From: Eledone cirrhosa | Lineage: Eukaryota | Direction of reading: 5' to 3' | Length of the DNA: 64,000 nt | Assembly (NCBI GenBank): GCA_964016885.1 | Contig: OZ024746.1 | Coordinates: 8,742,001-8,806,000 of the forward strand | Part shown: positions 54,688 through 64,000 of the stretch, piece after piece | How positions within the stretch are numbered: the first letter of the stretch is position 1 | How the letters are laid out: each line of letters begins with the position of its first letter | Position numbers and translations under genes: made by a program | The notes under the pieces: model-generated | The model's input: only the letters and a program-made list of their open reading frames with translations | Told to the model about the DNA's origin: nothing | The model's database searches: none

Positions 54688-54757
54688 TGTACGGAACCAT
54701 CTAAATACAATTTTAAGTGAAAGGGAAAGGAAAGGAAATTAGGCAGGTCAGTGCGAG

Positions 54758-54855
<98 letters not shown>

Positions 54856-55783
54856 AGATATATAATATAGATATACATTGTTTAGTAATTATAACACGTT
54901 ACATATCCATTGGAACTAACAGAATCTATTATTCTTCTTACAAAAATCTTTTTCTAGCTTCTTGTAAAATACTTGGGACGTTTAAACTGAATGGAAAATC
55001 GATTCACCGTATTTAATTTTCATCAGTGACATTATCTACTCTAACCCGTGGAGAATGTCGCTGATGTTATGATAATGTCATATTTTCTATAATACAAGAA
55101 TTACTCAATTGACATTACAAATACATTCATGTAAACCTTGTTTTTATTAACGTTGTAATTTGAAGATCTCATATTTTGTATGGATGAATTACTGTCCATT
55201 CTCAGATCTGTAACTTCACGACAATTATAAAAATGCATGCTTATTTATTACTTTGAAAATACTCTACACATCAAATGCTGATTAGGCCTTGTCTTCTATG
55301 GGTAAGAAGAAAAACGAAGCAAGTTCACACATATACATACACACATCACGTAAACAAACACACATCATATAAATACATGTGCAAAATACATATACACTTT
55401 CATGAAAATATTTCTCGCAATATTAGCAGCTCAAACATTATTTTCTACAATAAAATGAAATATATTGATAGTTGTGTGAGACAAAAGCATACCATATTTA
55501 ATATCTCTCTCTCTGTCTCACTTTCAATATCTCTCTGCCTCTCGCTCTCTCTCCCTCTCTCTCTGCCTCTCTCTATAAATCTCTCTCTCTCTATATATAT
55601 ATGTATGCATGTATGTATATATACTATTCACACATACAAACACACATATATACATGTTTACCACTTTTTTGTATATGTTTTGCAAGATTATTTATGTGCA
55701 ATGAAATAGTGTGTTGAAATATATATGTATATATATTATTTCTGGCAATATTATGACAATATGACCCTCACCAAATATAACAA

Positions 55784-55825
<42 letters not shown>

Positions 55826-56010
55826 GTAAAATGGAAGCTTTGGCTGTGGCCAAGCAAAGCCGACCTACAATAAGGAATGAGTAGCAAAGCACTCAATAAG
55901 GGTACGTCCTTAGAGTAATAACATTACGTTTAAAAGCTTGACGAATTGAAAATTGCGGTAGGCAAAACCCAACCATACAATACCCACCCAAAACAACGAA
56001 AGAACTAATC

Positions 56011-56049
<39 letters not shown>

Positions 56050-56202
56050 AAACAGCGAATGAGTTTGAAATTAGAAATTGAAGCTTTTGCCGTATTTTTT
56101 TACTAAAGAAATGTTGGCCTCAAAAAAATTGAAAAAGATGAGGTGTTTTGACGTACGTTGGATACGGCGAAAACTTCTATTTCTAATTTATATATATATA
56201 TA

Positions 56203-56649
<447 letters not shown>

Positions 56650-56784
56650 TAGAAAGTGAGGTTTTTTTACAGAATGAAAAATAACCGAGGGGTCCTACAC
56701 GAGTGAAAGTATAAGGAAAAAAGATGAAATCGAAAATGCAAATGGAGTCTTTTTAAAAAAAAGAAATATATATTTATTTGGTTC

Positions 56785-56820
56785 CTTTATCGGTTTCGCA
56801 GTTCTTCTGCTTTTCAAATG
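56785..56820 (-). ncRNA. Degenerate copy of the U3-A8 minimal hammerhead
   Basis: Minus strand: cat-TTGAAAA-gcag(aagaa)ctgc-GAAAC-cg-ATA-aag. Confidence 0.55.
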
Positions 56821-56877
56821 TAGAGTTGAGATGGAGGGTCTGTGGTTTTTCTCACATCGATTTCATTTTTTTCTCCT

Positions 56878-56923
<46 letters not shown>

Positions 56924-56939
56924 CATATATATATATATA

Positions 56940-57545
56940 CATGGTGGCTGCCAACTCGTTTTCGAGTACGGCCACTACTTTATATCCATATAGGAGAACC
57001 CCTACCGATGCACTGAACGAGTGTGACCTTTTAGTCCAGCCAGCGACTTGAAAACTCTGGTACAAACACTACACTTGTGACAAATATTGACACATAGTGC
57101 TGGGGCCATGGTACCCTGTGACGACAAGTGCAGAGAGATCTCCAGATATAAAGCAATGCCTGTGCCGTGAAGCTTTTATAGTGAGCAAAGGCACTGCACA
57201 AAGCCAGTCCCACTCTCTTAACCAAGATGATATTTACCAAAAAGAAGAACAAGTCAACATCATTGGATACCATCAGAGTTGCAGGTGTTATATCAGAGTT
57301 TTCCTTCTCCTAGAATTCTGCCTTGACAAAGGCTAAGGGGTCATCTCTCCCGGTGATTTTGGATGGCCATTGACTCTTAAGAGCTCCTTTGCCCTTTGAC
57401 AGGTCTTGTTTTTAGTCCTGCAGGATGTCCAAAGTCACCCTCCTCACCAAGAAACCTTGGTGGGGTTGCCAGTTTAGTCGCCAACGACCCGACCATGGGA
57501 CAGGTTGTACTGGGATACATGTTACCAGTAGCACCAACTGGTGAC
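56940..57545 (-). mobile_element. Non-autonomous RTE-derived element, subfamily A
   Basis: Reverse complement of 46415-47012 with few changes. Confidence 0.85.
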
Positions 57546-57569
57546 ATATGTATATACATACATATATAT

Positions 57570-57655
<86 letters not shown>

Positions 57656-57695
57656 ATATATATGTATATATATATATGTATGTATATATATGTGT

Positions 57696-58298
57696 CAGGT
57701 CACCAGTTGGTGCTACTGGTAACATGTATCCCAGTACAACCTGTCCCATGGTCGGGTCGTTGGCGACTAAACTGGCAACCCCACCAAGGTTTCTTGGTGA
57801 GGAGGGTGACTTTGGACATCCTGCAGGATTAAAAACAAAACCTGTCAAAAGGCAAAGGGGCTCTTAAGAGTCAATGGCCATCCAAAATCAACGGGAGAGA
57901 TGACCCCCTAGCCTTTGTCAAGACAGAATTATAGGAGAAGGAAAACTCTGATATAACACCTGCAACCCGGTATCCAATGATGTTGACTTGTTCTTCTTTT
58001 TGGTAAATATCATCTTGGTTAAGAGAGTGCGACTGGCTTTGTGCAGTGTCTTTGCTCACTATAAAAGCTTCACGGCACAGGCATTGCTTTATATCTGGAG
58101 ATCTCTGCACTTGTCGTCACATGGTAGCATGGGCCCAGCACTATGTGTCAATAATTGTCACAGGTGTAGTGTTTGTACCAGAGTTTTCAAGTCGCTGGCT
58201 GGACTAAAAAGTCACACTCGTTCAGCGCATTGGTAGGGGTTCTCCTACATGGATATAAAGTAGTGGCCGTACTTGAAAACTAGTTGGCAGCCACCATG
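57696..58298 (+). mobile_element. Non-autonomous RTE-derived element, subfamily A
   Basis: Same sequence. C2H2 remnant [24 protein letters not shown]. Confidence 0.85.
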
Positions 58299-58310
58299 TA
58301 TATATATATG

Positions 58311-58429
<119 letters not shown>

Positions 58430-58912
58430 ATATATATATATAGGAGGTTAGGATTTACAAACACGAGTAAAACTGCTCAATACCAAAGTAGGGAATAATA
58501 TATATTCTGTTCCTGAGATTAATCTTTTTTCAGTTTCGCGTGCCTGTTAGATATTACAAGGATTCTGTTTCCTTCAAACATTCAATTCCCATTCGCCATG
58601 AGCTTTCTAAATTCATTGAGCGATTAATATTTATGATTCGTTTATTACTATTATCAGTTAAAAGGTTTGCTGAAGAAGTAAATTTTGCGAATAAAATCTA
58701 ATGACAAAAGCATGATAGAAACTAGCTGTGTTGCTGTTTTGAAGTGAAATGAACAACTCGTTCATTGACCTGAATACGCCTTGGGTGACGGAGATCAATA
58801 AGATGCTTTTAAGATGCTGTATACAATTTTCACAGGAATCCGTTCTTGGCATTCTAGAATTACATCAATGAATATGATGAAAGATATCTTATTTCCCAGC
58901 GTTACAGACACA

Positions 58913-59035
<123 letters not shown>

Positions 59036-59054
59036 TATATATATAGAGAGACAT

Positions 59055-59089
<35 letters not shown>

Positions 59090-59093
59090 AAGA

Positions 59094-59128
<35 letters not shown>

Positions 59129-59462
59129 GTGTGTGTAGACATATGTTGTATATATAATCATAATGTATACACATAATATATATATATATATATATACACA
59201 TACGTACACACACACACACGCACACATGCACAAACACACACACATACATACACACACACACACACATATATATACATATATATATTTATATATATATATA
59301 TATAAATAATTATAAGTATGAAGAACAACTAAACATAAACTACCTAATTTTTCTTTGTAGCCCTAGGTACGCAGTTTCGACCACTGGTGCGCAGCTGTAG
59401 TACAGTTATAGTGCGCCCAGCCCCATGGATTTTATCTATTACATTCACTTATTATATTTCGA

Positions 59463-59520
59463 ATACCTGATGATATCACCGGATTCATACGGAACCCGGT
59501 CATTGAAATGATCATAGTAT
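59463..59520 (+). ncRNA. Type I hammerhead motif
   Basis: atac-CTGATGA-tatcaccgg...ccggtcatt-GAAAT-gatc-ATA-gtat-AATAAA. Stem I atac/gtat and palindromic atgatcat. Confidence 0.75.
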
Positions 59521-60145
59521 AATAAACCTTTCAAGGGTTTACACAAAGCCAGCCTCCTGTCATTTCATTATAATATTTAACTCCGTACTAGCACCACCAA
59601 CTACAAAAACAAAGACCGTTGAACTGCTTTACGTTGAGTACTCTCTATATTATTACATTGCGATTGACCATACGGAATTGACCAGCTCTATCCAGTGGTG
59701 AACCTCAAACCTGAATATATATATATATATATATATATAGTAATAATAATAAAATTGAAGACTAAAATCCAAAGAGGGCTTGATAAGGAAAATATATATA
59801 AAATATATAAGAACCGTAGAGCAAATATTTATTATATATATATATATTAAATATATTAAATATATATATATTAATATTAAATATATATATATATATATAA
59901 ATATATATATATAAATATATATTAATACAATAACAGAGATAGTTTAAAGCTAATCTCTGACTGGTAACCATCTCACTCAACAAACATTAGGTTATATTTT
60001 AATATAAACCCAATTTAAGTGTTTGGGGTGCTAACAATATGTATTATGTGGAAAAGCCAGTTGTATTATTTTATGAGATATAATTAAAGTTATAAATATA
60101 TATATATATATATATAAATATATATATATAAATATATATATAAAT

Positions 60146-60178
<33 letters not shown>

Positions 60179-60206
60179 AATATATATATATAAATATACA
60201 ATGGCC

Positions 60207-60278
60207 TGCCGTGACCAGGATTCGAACCTGGGTTACCACGGCCACAACGTGGGGTCCTAACCACTAGACGATCACGCC
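60207..60278 (-). tRNA. trnH-GTG: tRNA-His(GTG), variant with G2:G71 acceptor-stem mismatch (possible pseudogene)
   Basis: GGCGTGATCGTCTAGTGGTTAGGACCCCACGTTGTGGCCGTGGTAACCCAGGTTCGAATCCTGGTCACGGCA. 72 nt, cloverleaf, anticodon GTG, intact A and B boxes. Confidence 0.92.
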
Positions 60279-60327
60279 TACAAGGCCATTGACGCCGACG
60301 GAGTTTTTATATATATATATATATATA

Positions 60328-60361
<34 letters not shown>

Positions 60362-60478
60362 AATATATAAAACTATATATATAAATATATAAATATATAT
60401 ATATATATAAAGAAAAAAATATGAAATCGAAAATGCAACTGGAGTCTTTTTTTTTTTAAATATATATTTATTTGGTTC

Positions 60479-60514
60479 CTTTACCGGTTTCGCAGTTCTT
60501 GTGCTTTTCAAAAG
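60479..60514 (-). ncRNA. Minimal type I hammerhead (U3-A8 core)
   Basis: Minus strand: ctt-TTGAAAA-gca(caagaac)tgc-GAAAC-cg-GTA-aag. Confidence 0.65.
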
Positions 60515-60556
60515 TAGAGTTGAGATGGAGGGCACAATCCCTCCATCTCAATTCTA

Positions 60557-60592
60557 CTTTTGAAAAGCAGAAGAACTGTGAAACCGGTAAAG
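60557..60592 (+). ncRNA. Minimal type I hammerhead (U3-A8 core)
   Basis: ctt-TTGAAAA-gcag(aagaa)ctgt-GAAAC-cg-GTA-aag. Palindromic accggt at stem III. Confidence 0.68.
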
Positions 60593-60656
60593 GAACCAAA
60601 CAAATATATATAAAGAAAAAGACTCCAGTTGCATTTTCGATTTGATCTTTTTTCCT

Positions 60657-60756
<100 letters not shown>

Positions 60757-61824
60757 TTGTATGTATATATGTAGGTGCACTTTAACTTTACTTCATATGT
60801 ATATATATATGTATATATATATGTATATGTATGTGTGTGTGTTTGTGCATGTGTGTGTCTGTGCACGTATGTGAATGAATCACACACACGTCTAAATTTG
60901 GCTATATGAGGAAATGTTTAACGAAACGTATATGGAAAGTTTTAAATTGTTATAAATTGATAGTAAATTGAACATTAAGTTTATAACGTTTCAATAGGCC
61001 AAAGCTGGCAAAAAGCATTGATGGATGATGCCTTCCTTGTTTTATCACACACTGTTCAAGATTATGCTTCAATAAATTTAGTTCCATTCTTTAGTTGCCG
61101 TTTGTTGTTTGAGCTTCTGTCGTTTTTAGCGTTTCACACAATTCCCATTATGCAAAAGTAGTGCACAATTTCGCTGCAGAATCCTTGAATTAAGAGAATT
61201 TAATTGGGTTCTTGCATGTTCCTATAAAGCTGCACTTTGTAACCTTTCTAATAATTTTTTGACAACAATAATTCAATCATCTTCAGGTTCGAGTTGGGGT
61301 CATATCATCCAATTGTGTGTATTTTATGCAGGAACTTTTTTATATTTCTTGAAACTGTTTTATATGGCACATTATGGTACTTAAAGAGAACAGATTATCA
61401 TGAAAATCGTCAAATATTGCAACAAACAGGAATTAATCCTCTGATACCATTATTTTACGATATGAATATTCAGCTCCATAGAATATTTTTTATCGATTTC
61501 ATAATACAAAATAATAACTTTGTCCCATGCTTCTCCATTCCGTTATTGTTATGTAATTAGGAATTTCGCCTGGAATCTGCCAGATCCCGAGTTCGGTTTA
61601 TTCATCTTAGACATACAACCACAGATTGGAATCTGCTCTAAACATTGAGCGTCTTATCTGGTAGACAGAAAGTGACTGATAGCCTACCGACTGTGCTTTA
61701 TTAAGGGTAATATTAGGTGATGTATTGTATGTGCCAGTAGACGTAATCATTATGTAGATGTAGGTAAGGATGGTGATTGTAATAGTTGTAATAGAGGTGG
61801 GGCTTAAAATGGGTGGTGTTGGTG

Positions 61825-61869
<45 letters not shown>

Positions 61870-62471
61870 TTTTCTACCTCTATTTGGCGGTTGGGCGAGG
61901 CAGTTCTCTCAACCAATATGGTGCTATGGGTACTGCTGAACGATGGACTCCAATGATGATGATGATCCACGCTTTTCTATCCATGGCTCTCACCTTAGAA
62001 TAGTCGTAGTCAAAGTGTTGCGATTTCGGGTCATCCTCGATTTGTTTCGCCCATGTCACCTTCGGTATGCTGCGCTGGGTTCTCCAGTGTATGGGTCACA
62101 ATCGTGATGAACGTTGGTGTGGTAGTCTTCCGGTGCTCCTCCTGCAGACGTAGTCAAACCACAGGCTACTGTGATGCCGGATTTGGTCCTCAATGGTCGG
62201 CTTTTGCTGACATCGTTCTCGGGTGTTGTTTGAGATTTTGTCACGTAGAGAGATACAAGACATCGCATTTGGAACACCTCTCGCTTGTTTAGGTCTTGTT
62301 TTTGGATGGTCCAGGTCTCAGTACTGTAGAGAAGGGCTTGTAGGACCAGGGTGCGGAAGAGTTGGATCTTGTTCCTTAGAAAGATATGAGGCTACTTCCA
62401 GACACACCATCGAAGATATCCGGAGAAGACGCAGACTCGATCCGGCCGTTGATCTCTGCTGTTGAAGCCAC
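61870..62471 (-). mobile_element. 5'-truncated, frameshifted RTE LINE 3' end with (TAC)n tail
   Basis: RNKIQLFRTLVLQALLYSTETWTI...EVFQMRCL...SLRDKISN...PKVTWAKQIEDD...AMDRKAW, then a (TAC)n tail at 61828-61869. Confidence 0.88.
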
Positions 62472-62479
62472 TTTTTTAT

Positions 62480-62592
62480 AAGCAGCAGCAGCAACACTAG
62501 TAGCAGTAGTACTAGTAGTAGCAGTAGTACTAGTAGTAGTACTAGTAGTAGTAGTAGTAGTAGTGGTAGTAGTAGTAGTAGTAGTGGTAGTG

Positions 62593-62644
<52 letters not shown>

Positions 62645-63300
62645 AAGCAGACGTAGTGGTAGATATTGTATTAGTGCTGATGGAATTGGTAGAAGTGGTA
62701 ATGTTTGGTTGTGTTGATGGCTGGATCAGAAAGTGACTATGGATAATGTAAAATAGTGAAGGTCTGTGGTAGTGATGGTAGTGGTGGTGGTGGTGGTAGT
62801 GGTGGTAGTGGTGGTGGTGTTGGTGGTAGTGATGGTAGTGGTGGTAGTGGTGGTGGTGGTGGTGGTGATGGTGGTGATGGTGGTGGTGGTGGTGGTGGTA
62901 GTGGTGGTAGTGGTGGTGGTGTTGGTGGTAGTGATGGTGGTGGTGGTGGTGATGGTGGTGGTGGTGGTGATGGTGGTGATGGTGGTGGTGGTGGTGGTGG
63001 TGATGGTGGTGGTGGTGGTGGTGGTGGTGGTGGTGGTGTTGGTGATAATGATGATGGTAGTGATGGTAGTGGTGTTTTTGGTGGTGGTGATGGTGTTGGT
63101 GGTGGTGATGGTGATTGTGGTGGTGTTAGTGATAATGATGATGGTGGTGGTGGTGATGGTGGTGGTGGTGGGCTATCAGTTGGAAATTATAATGTTATAA
63201 AAATGATTACACTAATACGACCATCATAATGATAACGATTACGATAATGATGATGACGATAATGATGATGACGATGATAATTATGATGATGATGATGAAG
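62480..63300. repeat. (GTA)n, (GGT)n/(GAT)n compound microsatellites
   Basis: Direct reading. Confidence 0.95.
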
Positions 63301-63415
63301 GAAGAAATGGAGGGATACTAAATGACGAAGAAAATTGCTTTCTTTGGTATCGACGATAAGGATAATAAGAAACAAAATACATGTATGTGTGAATATATGC
63401 ATGCGTATATGGAGG

Positions 63416-63477
<62 letters not shown>

Positions 63478-64000
63478 CTTATGTATGTGTACGCACACAT
63501 ACACTCATATATATATATAGGTATGTATATACATAAACATATATATATAAACAGCGTCACACACATAGAGATATATGTATATTTAAGAATACTTTAAGGA
63601 TCAATAAAACTTGCCTTTCAATAGAAAAGGACACGTAAATCGATAGCTGGCCTATCAAGGAAGTGGCCATGAATAAGATATTGAGAACGTCTGCTTTAGT
63701 CAAAAGCTATATAGAATATTGCCTTTACTTTTGCTGCTCAGACAAACAACCACCGCCATGTTAGTCATTATTTCTATTGTTTTGAATGTTTGGGCAGACG
63801 ACATTATCAATAGGATCGTCTAAAATAAGTGACGTACGTTAGGTACAATCATGCATATATACTTGAGGACACATAAACACACACATACACACACTCACAC
63901 ACTCACACATATATATACATATATATTCATAGGCGTATCTATTTAACTATCTATATATCTATCTATAAATTCCCCCACCTCTCTCTCTCTCTCTCTCTCT

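Noticed and set aside
62756-63229. Glycine-rich ORF
   Set aside because: (GGT)n compound microsatellite open in several frames, with a GTG start and no signal peptide or domain.

Overview
AT-rich, microsatellite-saturated eukaryotic non-coding DNA. The SINE families look like those of Octopus or another coleoid cephalopod (my inference). I found no intact protein-coding gene, and nearly all listed ORFs are simple-repeat artefacts. The window holds about 20 copies of a tRNA-derived Meta-domain SINE and a second tRNA-SINE family. It also holds decayed LINE fragments (Tx1/L1, RTE, CRE), a decayed hAT/Charlie transposase, five copies of a ~600-bp non-autonomous RTE derivative and one tRNA-His(GTG) variant. 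The most striking signal is about 18 complete or near-complete type I hammerhead ribozyme (HHR) motifs, plus many half-motifs, from about 10 distinct short element families. Most sit in (TA)n tracts, are followed by AATAAA and form inverted twin cassettes, as Penelope-like pseudo-LTRs do. They include a young 593-bp tandem unit with one HHR per monomer (retrozyme-like), U3-A8 covariant cores and a recurrent U-U mismatch at the base of stem II. All folds were read by eye and none has been computed or tested.
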